Shown in pieces: positions 49,692-59,042 of a DNA stretch of 64,000 nt (positions are counted from its first letter, which is position 1; every line of letters starts with the position of its first letter). The position numbers and the translations under genes are program-made. Under the pieces are notes generated by a model. That model had not been told where the DNA came from and searched no databases. It worked only from the letters and a program-made list of their open reading frames with translations. The DNA comes from Nannocystales bacterium. Its GTDB lineage: Bacteria > Myxococcota_A > Polyangia > Nannocystales > Nannocystaceae. Where the stretch lies: contig JBOEGF010000021.1 in NCBI GenBank assembly GCA_050633305.1, positions 1 through 64,000 of the forward strand, written 5' to 3'.

Positions 49692-50489
49692 ATGGCCGGG
49701 CGAGGATGGTTGTTGCTGGGAGCTTCTCTGGTGGTCGGCGGGTGCTCGTCCGCTGGGTCGAGCGAGGAGGGCGCGACCGAGTCCGAGATGGCCTCCAGCG
49801 GTGACGCAGAGCCTACGACGTCGGCGACGGAGGACGGTTCCTCCAGCGGCGAGCCGGACGCTCCGGACACGCGGCGCTGCATCCCGCCATCGGACGTCTC
49901 AGCGTCACCACGGACGATCGAAGAGGCGGTGACTCTGCTCAACGCCCTGCCAGCGCCGGTCGACATCGCGTGCTTCCTCGAGAGCTTGGAGCGACCGCTC
50001 AAGGTCGTTGCCACCTCCAGCACGTTCAGCGCTCAACCTGCGTCGGGAGCCGAGAACCCCAGGGTCTTCCTTTTTGCTGGTGACCTCGTCATGTCGGTCG
50101 CCCCCGCGGGCGAGGGGGTGAAGCTGCTCGAGTTCGGCGAGTTCATCGACGACTTTCAGACGATCAAGGGCGAGGTCGAGCTCCCGCTCGAGGGGCAGTT
50201 GGCACCGTCAGATCCATACAGCCGGGTCCTCTTCGAGGAAGGGACCGGATGCGGGTTGTGTCACCGCAACGAGCACGAGGTCGGCACGGTCGGCGACGTC
50301 CCTCAGTACGCCTCACTCGCGTATCAGCCCGCGTTGCACCACGCGCTTGCCGAGGAGGATGTTCGGGACGCGTACGAAGCCTGCGCGGGCGAGGACACCG
50401 AGCGATGCCTGATCCTGTCGGCCCTGTTTGACCACGGGCCGGTGTTGTTCACGACCTTCTCTGAAGACTTGCCGACGTTCGGCGGCTGA
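49692..50489 (+). CDS. Lipoprotein with a single CxxCH motif
   Basis: Lipobox VGG-C; GCGLCHR. Confidence 0.7.
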   Translation: MAGRGWLLLGASLVVGGCSSAGSSEEGATESEMASSGDAEPTTSATEDGSSSGEPDAPDTRRCIPPSDVSASPRTIEEAVTLLNALPAPVDIACFLESLERPLKVVATSSTFSAQPASGAENPRVFLFAGDLVMSVAPAGEGVKLLEFGEFIDDFQTIKGEVELPLEGQLAPSDPYSRVLFEEGTGCGLCHRNEHEVGTVGDVPQYASLAYQPALHHALAEEDVRDAYEACAGEDTERCLILSALFDHGPVLFTTFSEDLPTFGG

Positions 50490-50495
50490 GTCCGC

Positions 50496-51650
50496 CTACG
50501 GGCGGTCAGGCCAGGCGAGGTGGAGGGCGCCGTCCTGAGTCGACAGCTCGATGTCGTGGCGGTCGGCGAGGCCTCGAAGTGCTTCCATCCGCGCTGTTTC
50601 GTCGCCGCGCCTCGGGCTCGGGGGCGTGGTGCTGATCCGGACGACCAAGTTGGGTTCTCTGCCCAGCCATACTTCCACGCTGCCGCCGTCACGCTCGACT
50701 CTGTCGACGGCGTCGTCGACACCGAGCTGGATCAGGCTCTGGAAGACCCCTTCGGGGATGAGCTCGGTCCCGACCCCAGCTCCGTTTCGCACCCGTAGCA
50801 GCACCCGGTTTGGAGTCCATTGCTCGACATCTCGGACGATGTCTCGCGCGACGGTGACCACCTCGGTCTCTGTCGCCGCCTCGTCCCCGTCGAGGGTCGC
50901 GGCTTTGAGGCGATTCGCCAGCCCGACACAACGCCATGCGGCGCGTTCGAGTTCCGTTCCCCCTCCGGATGAAGATGCCAGCGTTGCCTGCCCCAGCAGT
51001 CCCGCGAGTGCCTTGTCGAGGTCCGAGCTGACTGCAAGCGCCACATCGCGACCGTCGACCCCAGCCTGCACCTCGCGATGGATTCCAAAGGCTCTTTGAG
51101 GACGGCCGTCCTTGTCCCGGGCTACAATGCGTCCGCAGTCGACCACGTGGGCCCAGCCGCCCTCCTTGCGACGCAACCGGACGTGAACGCGGTAGTGATC
51201 GGTGCGTCCTTCGAGGTAGTCGTCCAACGCTTTGCGGGCTCGGGGGAGGTCGTCTTTATGGACCAGCGTGCCCCACTGCGAGAGTGTTGAGGTGATCTCG
51301 CCCTCGTCGTAGCCAAGCATGGTGGCGCACGCGGTGTCGTAGACGAGGTTTCCCGAGCGAAGGTCGTAGTCCCAGACGCCATCGCCCGATTCTCCGATGA
51401 GTTCCGCGACATCTCGCTGGGCCAGAACGTCGGTCTCCTCGGTTGTGGAACCGCGTAGCGGGTGGGTCGCGAATCCGGCAGCGGCAGCGGTGAGCAGCGA
51501 GGAGCCGACGAGAACGACGCTCGACCAACCCGCCGCTCCACCCGGCGCCGCGAACAACCCCGCCGCAGCGAGGCCCAGAGCACAAGCGCCAAGACCCACG
51601 ACCGTCGTGTGTCGCGGCGGCGAAATGACTCGGGTCAAACTCCGTTCCAT
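50496..51650 (-). CDS. Membrane PAS-domain protein with degenerate kinase-like C-terminus
   Basis: Two TM helices; PAS_3 (DGVWDYD...MLGY...VHKDD...RLRRKEGGW); no phosphoacceptor His. Confidence 0.8.
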   Translation of the reverse strand: MERSLTRVISPPRHTTVVGLGACALGLAAAGLFAAPGGAAGWSSVVLVGSSLLTAAAAGFATHPLRGSTTEETDVLAQRDVAELIGESGDGVWDYDLRSGNLVYDTACATMLGYDEGEITSTLSQWGTLVHKDDLPRARKALDDYLEGRTDHYRVHVRLRRKEGGWAHVVDCGRIVARDKDGRPQRAFGIHREVQAGVDGRDVALAVSSDLDKALAGLLGQATLASSSGGGTELERAAWRCVGLANRLKAATLDGDEAATETEVVTVARDIVRDVEQWTPNRVLLRVRNGAGVGTELIPEGVFQSLIQLGVDDAVDRVERDGGSVEVWLGREPNLVVRISTTPPSPRRGDETARMEALRGLADRHDIELSTQDGALHLAWPDRP

Positions 51651-52240
51651 CGAGGGAGAACCTATCAGCTAGGTGCAATGCACATGCCGCTCTTCCGCAC
51701 TTGTCCCTGTTTGGAACCATCAGCGCGCGCGATTCGACGCAGCTGACTTCTGTGTATGCGCGGTAACGTCCGTGCGGGACAGGGATCGGGGCTTCCGAAC
51801 AGGGCCGTGGCGGTGAACGAGGAGCGGCTCACGGGCCGCCCCCTCGCGAGCTTGCCCGCCGCGACCGCAGCGTCGACGAGCTGTTCCGCCGTTGCGATCT
51901 TCTTGGCGTTGCGGCGCACCTTGGGCACATGGTCGCGCCAGCGTAGCGGCATGTCCTCCGCGGTCACGTTGTCGAGCCAGTTCGCAGGCGCACGAGCCTC
52001 CTGCACGCGACCCGCGCTGGAGGCGTCGCCGGGGTGCCGAGGTTTTTGCACGCGCCGGCCCGCCCGATGAAGGAGCAGACCCTGCGGCGGACCGGGCGCC
52101 CCTGGGCACGGCGAGAGGTGGGACCAACGACAGCAACCGTCCCTCGCTCGGCGTCGCACCTGCTTCCGAAGTGGCGTGCCCCGTGTGACTCTTCGAGCCC
52201 CGCCGCACACGAACCCCAGCGGGAGCTCCAAGGACCAGAC

Positions 52241-52849
52241 ATGAACAAGCCCAAGCTCATCTACTTCGATTTCCCTGGCGGTCGAGGCGAAGACTGCCGC
52301 CTCGCGCTTCATGTGGCGGGCGTCGACTTCGAGGATGATCGGGTTGCGTTCGCGGCGTGGAAGGGCCGCAAAGCGAGTGCCCCCTTCGGTGCCCTCCCTG
52401 TGTTCGAGCTTCCGGGGAAGGGGATGGTTGGAGGGTCGAACGCGATTCTCCGGTTGATCGGCTCCGGCCACGACTTACACCCGACGGACCCGGTGACCGC
52501 GGCACAGCACGAGGCCGTCATGAGCTCCGTCGAGGACGTCCGTGCACGGGTGAATCCCAACCCGGCCATCGAGGATGAGGCGGAGAAGAAGGCGTTCCGA
52601 GAAGCGCTCGCCGACGGGTATCTCCGTACGTGGGCGGCCAACGTGGAGGCCCAGATCCAGGGTCCGTTCCTCGGCGGGGACAAGCTTCAGGTCGTGGACC
52701 TCAAGCTGCGGACGTTGGTCACCTGGTTTTGCCGTGGTGGCGTTGACCACGTCTCCAAGGACGTCTTCTCCGAGTTCCCCAAACTCACCGCGTTGGTCGA
52801 AGCGGTTCAGAACCACCCCCGCGTGGTCGACTGGTACTCCCGCGGCTAA
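52241..52849 (+). CDS. Glutathione S-transferase (sigma-like)
   Basis: LIYFDFPGGRGEDCRLAL, PFGALPV, SNAILR, FLGGDKL..VDL. Confidence 0.92.
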   Translation: MNKPKLIYFDFPGGRGEDCRLALHVAGVDFEDDRVAFAAWKGRKASAPFGALPVFELPGKGMVGGSNAILRLIGSGHDLHPTDPVTAAQHEAVMSSVEDVRARVNPNPAIEDEAEKKAFREALADGYLRTWAANVEAQIQGPFLGGDKLQVVDLKLRTLVTWFCRGGVDHVSKDVFSEFPKLTALVEAVQNHPRVVDWYSRG

Positions 52850-52869
52850 AGCGGCGCGCCGAAGCGCTC

Positions 52870-53664
52870 CTACACCGTCGGTGGCTTGATGAGCGGGGCA
52901 GAGCTCGCGCCGGGGAGCGGAGCCCCGAACCCCGCTTGAGTCTGTAACGCGCCACTGGCCAGTGCTCGTCGGACCGCCGCCTCGACCACGGGCGCGTGGT
53001 CAGCGTCCAGGGCGTAGATACTCACCTCGATCGTGTTTCGCTCTCGCCGTTCGACCTTCGGCTCATGCACGACCGAGGCCCAGTGGCACCGCATCGCGGA
53101 GCGTACGACGTGGCGCTTGAGGGCGACGAAGTCGACACCCTGAGGTTGCTCGACGGCGAATGCGTGCACGTGCGCGCCGGAGACGCTCTGGGTCCGCCGC
53201 AGGGTCTCGCGGCTGATCTTGCCGTACGGGATCACGGCTTCGTCCCCCTCGGGCGTTTGCACGACCAAAGAACGGGCCCCGACATCCAGCACCCGGCCTT
53301 CGACATCACCGACACGCACGTGATCACCAACGCGGCACAGCCGCCCGAAGCGAAAGGCGACGCCGTTGATCAGGTCGTACAACGAGGACCACGAGAACAC
53401 GACGAGCGTCCCGATCAGCGAGACCAGGACCGCTGCGAAAGCGGGCTCTCGGGCGAGGAGGGCAGCGAGGCCTGAGGCGATGTACGCCACGAGGAGCGTG
53501 AGCCCCAGGACCGGCGCAAAACGCTGCAGGCCGTCGCGGACCCGCGCAGGCGCTGGCACCACCCGAAACAGGAAGGCGATCAGCTGCAGCACGGCGATGA
53601 GCGCCACCGCGCCCAGCGTCAAGAAGGTGAGGTCTACGATCGACCGGAAGAGATACTCCGTCAT
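52870..53664 (-). CDS. MscS-family mechanosensitive channel-like protein
   Basis: Three TM helices, then VGDHVRVGDVEGRVLDVGARS...G....IPY; ATGA overlap with the upstream gene. Confidence 0.82.
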   Translation of the reverse strand: MTEYLFRSIVDLTFLTLGAVALIAVLQLIAFLFRVVPAPARVRDGLQRFAPVLGLTLLVAYIASGLAALLAREPAFAAVLVSLIGTLVVFSWSSLYDLINGVAFRFGRLCRVGDHVRVGDVEGRVLDVGARSLVVQTPEGDEAVIPYGKISRETLRRTQSVSGAHVHAFAVEQPQGVDFVALKRHVVRSAMRCHWASVVHEPKVERRERNTIEVSIYALDADHAPVVEAAVRRALASGALQTQAGFGAPLPGASSAPLIKPPTV

Positions 53665-56600
53665 CCCAACATCCCCTGACTGCGGAGGCTATCCGTCACC
53701 AAGTGAGCAACGAATCGGTCCACGTGAAGAACGTCCCTGGCATCGCGGCGAACCAGACCCATCCGTGACAAGGCGGATATGTCCACCTCGAGGTCGTCTG
53801 AGGAAACCGAGGTAATGCGCTGGAGTCGGCGCATCGTCACCTGCTTGTGCACCACGAGCTGGACCAGCAGCGCACTGAGCTCCACCCGAAGCTGTTCGAT
53901 CGTCTCTGCACGCGGTCGAGTTGGCCAGCGCATGATCAGCGTGTTGGCGTCCACCTTGTCGATGTGGGAGAGCCACGCCCGGAGTGCGACTGCGACAAGC
54001 CCGCCCGAAAAGTCGAAGTAGCGGGTGAACAGTCTCGCCTGTCGCCAGGGGGCGAGTTCCTCTTCGGGGGTGCCCGCGAGCTCGAAGTTGATCCCCGTGG
54101 ATCCGTGTCGCAGGGAGATGATCGACTTGAGGGTTTCGGCCGGCAACGGGTCACACTCGACCACCGCCAACGCGGACTCGCTGAGGCGGGCAAAGCTGCT
54201 CATGAAGCGCCACGCGTGCACGTTGAGGTTTGCGACAAACAGGCAGCGGTCGCCGTGTTTTCCGAGCAGGCGGATGAACTCCTCCATCAAGGCCATGCCT
54301 CGGGGGCTGCGCTCCCACCACATCTCCAGGTCGTCGAACACGAACACCGAGCCATCGGGCACCTTGCTCAGTAGCTCATCGGGTTTGCCGCGGTCTCCAA
54401 CCTCCGCTTCGAGCGCAACGCGCAAGGCCGCGGGCTCGATGGCGCCCCCAGGAGGTGGGCTCACACGGAAGACCTTGCGGCGCGCGAGGAACTTGGTGGT
54501 GAGAACGTGGCACAGCGCGGTCTTTCCTGCGCCCGTCTCGCCCACGACGAACAATGCTCCCTGTCCGCCGTTCTCGTGACGCTTGATCGCGGCCTTGATG
54601 CGGGCGAGTTCGGCTTGGCGTCCGACCCAGAAGGTCTCGCTGATGGTGGCCTGGCCCGAGAACAACTGCCGATAGTAGAAGGGGAGCGCGCGCAGCAAGT
54701 CCCGGCGAGGGGTCAGGTTCTGAGCGAGCTCCGCGATGCGGTCGACGACGGTGGTGCCGGTTCCGGTTGCGGTGCGCCGGAGCCGACGCGCCAGCAAGAC
54801 CCCGGTGCTGCGTCGATACAGCAACGCGACGAAGGTCTGGCGGGCATAACCCGCCGCGCTGGAGACGACGCGCCGCACCCGAGAGACAGCCTTGTGGCTC
54901 TCTCGGCTTCGGATGTAGTGCGAGAGGCTGTCGGAGCGGTTGGTCAACGCATATGGAGCCGTCTCGTCCCGCAGCGTCCCCAGTTGTTCCGCGACTCGGG
55001 ACGAGAACGTCTCAGACGCGTTACGCAGCACTCCCAGCTCGGTGTCGAGACGTCGGGCGCCTTCCCTGGCCACGGCGACCACCTGCTTGCGGAAGTCTTG
55101 GTTCTCCCACCCGCCGGCGGCTTCCATGTCGCCGATCGTGAAACTCAGCAGGCGTGTCACATCTCGAGCCACCCCAACCGTGCGTTGCTCTTGTAGTGGC
55201 AGACCCGAGATCTCCTGGTTCACCACGTCGAGAAACTCGGTCTCGATCAGATACTTGACCAGAGGCCGCACCGAGACGGTGACTTCGTCCGCTTCCATCG
55301 AGACGCCGCTCTCCAGCGCGGCGATCGACTCGTCGCTGAGCGTGGTGGCGGACTCCGGGAGGTCCTCGATGCAGCCGTCGATGTCGCGCGCGATGGTCTC
55401 GAGTACGGCCTGTCCATCGAAGGACGCACGCAGCTCTCGCTCCTGCGGAAGCTTCGGGGCTCGTCCCGCTTGGGCTTCGCGAATGAACGCGCCGATGGTC
55501 TCGTGGATGTGGACGCCGTCGTTGAGGACGGACGACTTGATGCCCTGTGTGACCTCCGTGCGGGCGCGATGCGCCAGCGCAGAGAACCGGTGCTGGAAGG
55601 CGGCGATCTGCAGGCCCAGATGCGCGCGCTGCAGGAGAAGCCGCTGGTGATCCTCCCACGGTTCGGCGCTGAGGCGGAGCGACGCCAGCTGAGCAGGAGC
55701 CTTTCGGGTACGGCGACGCTCGGTGCGAACCAGGTGCTTTACGTCGACCCGCTTGAGGTCGTCGGCGAAGGCTTGGCTCATGTTGTGGACGCGCCTCGCG
55801 AGGCGGACCCCGGTACCCTCTGCCAGATCCTGCGCCAACGTGATGGCGGCATCGACATGCGAGAGGAGCCGTTGCTTGCGAGCCTCGATCAGAGCGGGAT
55901 CGGCCTCGCGACGTTCGATCTTCGCGGCGAGGGCACTGAGCTCGGTCGCCGCTTCGTTGAGGATCTTGCCCAGCTGGACGGCCAGGCGGTGGCTGCTGGA
56001 CTGCACGCTGCGTAGCCACTGTTCCAGCAGGTCGGCGGCACTGACGTAGACGTACCAGGACTGCAGGGACGCCAGAGGCACGGTGTAGCTGGGTGCGCCG
56101 CGACGAACGGCGGCCCAGAAGCGGCGGCGACGCTTGAATGCTCGCACCGGACGGGAATCCCGAGAGGTTGGTGCGAACGCGTCGGGCTCGGCGGTGATGT
56201 CGAGTCGCGCGGGGGCGTCGGAGGCGAGTTTCCCCAGCCCCTCGACAAAGGCGTTGAGTGTGGACTGCAGGCTCTTGGCTTGGCTTGGAAGCGTCTCCTC
56301 TTCGTACGCGGCTACGAGCTTCCGCGCCTGAAACAGGAACCCGCCTTGGGCCCGCCCGGCGGGCTTCCGTGCGCGCGCGGGGTCAGCCTCTTCCAGCCCC
56401 TTCCGCACGATCTCAAACTGACGCTCGAGCAGGTTGCGAACGTCTCCCAGCAACGATTCGTGCCGCGCGAGCACGGGGGCGAATCCCTCCTGGAACAGGT
56501 CGTCGGAGAGCTTGGTGTACGACTCCGCGAACGCGGCCGCGGGGGCCTCGAGTGCGGGGTTCTCTGGCAGCTTGAGGACACGGAGCTCGGTGAGACTGGC

Positions 56601-58784
56601 TTGCGCTCGCTCCTGGGCTCCCGCCGCCGCGCCCCCGTGGCCTGCGACCGGGAGAACCTCGACGAAGAGCGACGAGCCCTGGACGAGGAGCGTCGTCCCC
56701 AGTCCAGCGAGCAGCTCGTCGAGGTGGGTGAGTGCCTTGCTGTCGAAGCGCCGCAGCGGCGGCAACCCGAGAACAACCAAATCCGCGTCGCCCGACTCTT
56801 GGCGGATCGTGCTCTCGAACCCGTGCGCTTGCGAGGGGCTCGCAACAACCTTCACCTTGGCTTCGACCCGGGCGTCTGCCAGCACCCCGCGCATGGCGTG
56901 CAGCAAGTCGTCGCTCAACGAGGTGTCCTCGGAGACGAGCAGGAAGCGGAGCTTGGCGCCCTGCCATTGCTCGAACCTGGTTAGGAAGCGCATCAGCGAG
57001 AGGCTGAGCGCGACGTTGCCCTGTTGCGGACGCCACCAGATGTCGACGCGTTCTCGCTTGCCCCACGACCGTTCTCGGTCGTAGTGCAACATGACCAGGT
57101 TGAAGTCCTGCTTGACCGTGTCCTTGACCAGGTCGACGAATCGGTCGGTGTTTTTGCGGTCGACGTCCCAGTCCAGGAGGACCGTGTTCGGGTCGAGTCC
57201 GGTGAAACCGTGGTGCCGACACGCTGCGGATACCGTGTCGTAGAAGTCGGTGCTGACGGTGCGACGCCGGAACACGCCCACCTGAGCTTCATCCTCATCG
57301 ATGGAGGCTGCGGCCTCTTGTTTCGTGTTGACGAGCTCGAAGTCCGTGAGCAGGCCGCTTCCGGTGATCAGCGCCCGGGAGAGGTCGAGCAGCTCGGGGC
57401 GCGACTCGCTCCCCATCTGGCTGAACAGCAGCACGTTGGGTCGCCAGTTTCGGCGCTGCCCTCGTCCTTGGCTGAGGCGATGCAGACCCGCCCGCACGAT
57501 CGATGACCAGATGCCCTCCCAGGTGTCGCCTGCGTCGAGCGTGAGCTGCCTCCGCTTCAAGAACAGGAACAGCCCCGAGAGTAGAATCGTCGCCCCCGCC
57601 ATCGCGGCGAAGTCGAGCTGGATCATCACGATGATGCAGGTGACCGCACCGAGCACGCTCACCAGCCGCGGGATTCTGAACTGGGGGCGGAAGTCGGGGC
57701 TTGCCCAGCTCTCGATCGCCGAGCTGATGTTGAGGAAACCGTATGTCGCCAGGAAGACCATCGACACGATGCGCGCGATCGCGTCGAGTTCGGCGATGAG
57801 AATGCCGCCCTCCGCGATCGCGAACGCCAGCAGGAGGGCGTTGCGCGGTTCGTTGTTCTTCCCGTGCCCCTTGCCGAACCACCGAGGTGTGATCGAGTCG
57901 ATCGAAAGCGCTTGGAGAATGCGCGGCGCCCCGAGAATGCTGCCCAGCGCTGAGGACAGCGTCGCGCCCCAGATCCCCGCGGTGACGAAGGCGGGGACCA
58001 AGGAAATCTCCGCGAGGACGTTCGTGTTCGCAAGCTGGGCCGGGTCGACGCGGTAGGCGAGGAAGACCGCCAGCGCGACGTAGACGATGAGTCCGACCGC
58101 GATCGCGGCCAGCGTTCCGCCGGGGATCGAGCGCTTGGGATCCTTGAGGTCGCCCGACATGTTCACCCCGGCGGTGAAGCCTGTGACCGCCGGGAAGAAG
58201 ATTCCGAAGATTACGCCAAGGCTTGGGGCGTTGGGGGCGACGTCGAAGTGACCGGAGGCAGGCACGGGGGAGGAGCCCCCCAGGAACACCGAGACCAGCG
58301 ACAGCGCGATGAGTACCAAGATGAGGTACTGCGTCTTGATCGCGAAGGACGTCGAGATCAGGGTCACGAGCGTCAACGCAATGACCGTGACCGTTCCCGC
58401 AACGCGAACGTTCGCGGGAGTGACGTCCATGTCGATGAACGCCAGGAAGCTTTCGCAGAAGCCGATCACGTAGAGGCTGATCGAGAACGCCAACCCGACG
58501 AACAGCGCCAGGCCCAACGTGCCGCCGATCGGCAGTCCTAGGCTGCGAGAGACGATGTAGTAGGGCCCGCCAGCGCCGACGTTTTTGTCCGTCGCGATCG
58601 AGGAAATGCTCAGCCCCGTGGTGACCGAGATGACGTGAGCCACCGCGATGACGCCCAGCGCCATCCAGAGCCCGCCGTTCCCCACGACCCACGGCAAGCG
58701 CAGGTACATGATCACGCCAAGGATGGTGAGGATCGATGGCGTGAAGACGCCGCCGAACGTTCCGAACTTGCCGTCTTTGCTCAT
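53661..58784 (-). CDS. SLC12/CCC-like permease fused to a helical region and a P-loop ATPase
   Basis: KFGTFGGVFTPSILTILGVIMYLRLPWVVG, GGPYYIVSRSLG, FFPAVTG, GAPRIL, NWRPNVL, IDIWW-like VDIWW; then WVGR..EL, GETGAGKT, VFVFDDLE. Confidence 0.9.
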   Translation of the reverse strand: MSKDGKFGTFGGVFTPSILTILGVIMYLRLPWVVGNGGLWMALGVIAVAHVISVTTGLSISSIATDKNVGAGGPYYIVSRSLGLPIGGTLGLALFVGLAFSISLYVIGFCESFLAFIDMDVTPANVRVAGTVTVIALTLVTLISTSFAIKTQYLILVLIALSLVSVFLGGSSPVPASGHFDVAPNAPSLGVIFGIFFPAVTGFTAGVNMSGDLKDPKRSIPGGTLAAIAVGLIVYVALAVFLAYRVDPAQLANTNVLAEISLVPAFVTAGIWGATLSSALGSILGAPRILQALSIDSITPRWFGKGHGKNNEPRNALLLAFAIAEGGILIAELDAIARIVSMVFLATYGFLNISSAIESWASPDFRPQFRIPRLVSVLGAVTCIIVMIQLDFAAMAGATILLSGLFLFLKRRQLTLDAGDTWEGIWSSIVRAGLHRLSQGRGQRRNWRPNVLLFSQMGSESRPELLDLSRALITGSGLLTDFELVNTKQEAAASIDEDEAQVGVFRRRTVSTDFYDTVSAACRHHGFTGLDPNTVLLDWDVDRKNTDRFVDLVKDTVKQDFNLVMLHYDRERSWGKRERVDIWWRPQQGNVALSLSLMRFLTRFEQWQGAKLRFLLVSEDTSLSDDLLHAMRGVLADARVEAKVKVVASPSQAHGFESTIRQESGDADLVVLGLPPLRRFDSKALTHLDELLAGLGTTLLVQGSSLFVEVLPVAGHGGAAAGAQERAQASLTELRVLKLPENPALEAPAAAFAESYTKLSDDLFQEGFAPVLARHESLLGDVRNLLERQFEIVRKGLEEADPARARKPAGRAQGGFLFQARKLVAAYEEETLPSQAKSLQSTLNAFVEGLGKLASDAPARLDITAEPDAFAPTSRDSRPVRAFKRRRRFWAAVRRGAPSYTVPLASLQSWYVYVSAADLLEQWLRSVQSSSHRLAVQLGKILNEAATELSALAAKIERREADPALIEARKQRLLSHVDAAITLAQDLAEGTGVRLARRVHNMSQAFADDLKRVDVKHLVRTERRRTRKAPAQLASLRLSAEPWEDHQRLLLQRAHLGLQIAAFQHRFSALAHRARTEVTQGIKSSVLNDGVHIHETIGAFIREAQAGRAPKLPQERELRASFDGQAVLETIARDIDGCIEDLPESATTLSDESIAALESGVSMEADEVTVSVRPLVKYLIETEFLDVVNQEISGLPLQEQRTVGVARDVTRLLSFTIGDMEAAGGWENQDFRKQVVAVAREGARRLDTELGVLRNASETFSSRVAEQLGTLRDETAPYALTNRSDSLSHYIRSRESHKAVSRVRRVVSSAAGYARQTFVALLYRRSTGVLLARRLRRTATGTGTTVVDRIAELAQNLTPRRDLLRALPFYYRQLFSGQATISETFWVGRQAELARIKAAIKRHENGGQGALFVVGETGAGKTALCHVLTTKFLARRKVFRVSPPPGGAIEPAALRVALEAEVGDRGKPDELLSKVPDGSVFVFDDLEMWWERSPRGMALMEEFIRLLGKHGDRCLFVANLNVHAWRFMSSFARLSESALAVVECDPLPAETLKSIISLRHGSTGINFELAGTPEEELAPWRQARLFTRYFDFSGGLVAVALRAWLSHIDKVDANTLIMRWPTRPRAETIEQLRVELSALLVQLVVHKQVTMRRLQRITSVSSDDLEVDISALSRMGLVRRDARDVLHVDRFVAHLVTDSLRSQGMLG

Positions 58785-59042
58785 GAGCGCCCGGGCTCCC
58801 GGGGCCCTAGAAGTGTGCCTCAGAGGGCGTGTAGGCGGGGGGAGGACCACCGCCGCCTGGGCAGTCGCTCAGCATGCGCAGGTGTGACCAACCCCCCGAC
58901 CAGAACTGATGGCTCCGTGCTGGCGACTACGATGAGTACGCTCCAGCGACACGCCGACCGTTCCCATTGGAGCCGGTGGCCGGTTCCCCGCGAACCGCTC
59001 TCGACCGGACGACGTGCGAGTGGGCTTGCGTCGGCGCGGGGC

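Noticed and set aside
51665..52070. Protein-like minus-strand segment (NWLDNVTAEDMPLRWRDHVPKVRRNAKKIATAEQLVDAA)
   Set aside because: No clear start or family; possibly a remnant, but the evidence is insufficient.
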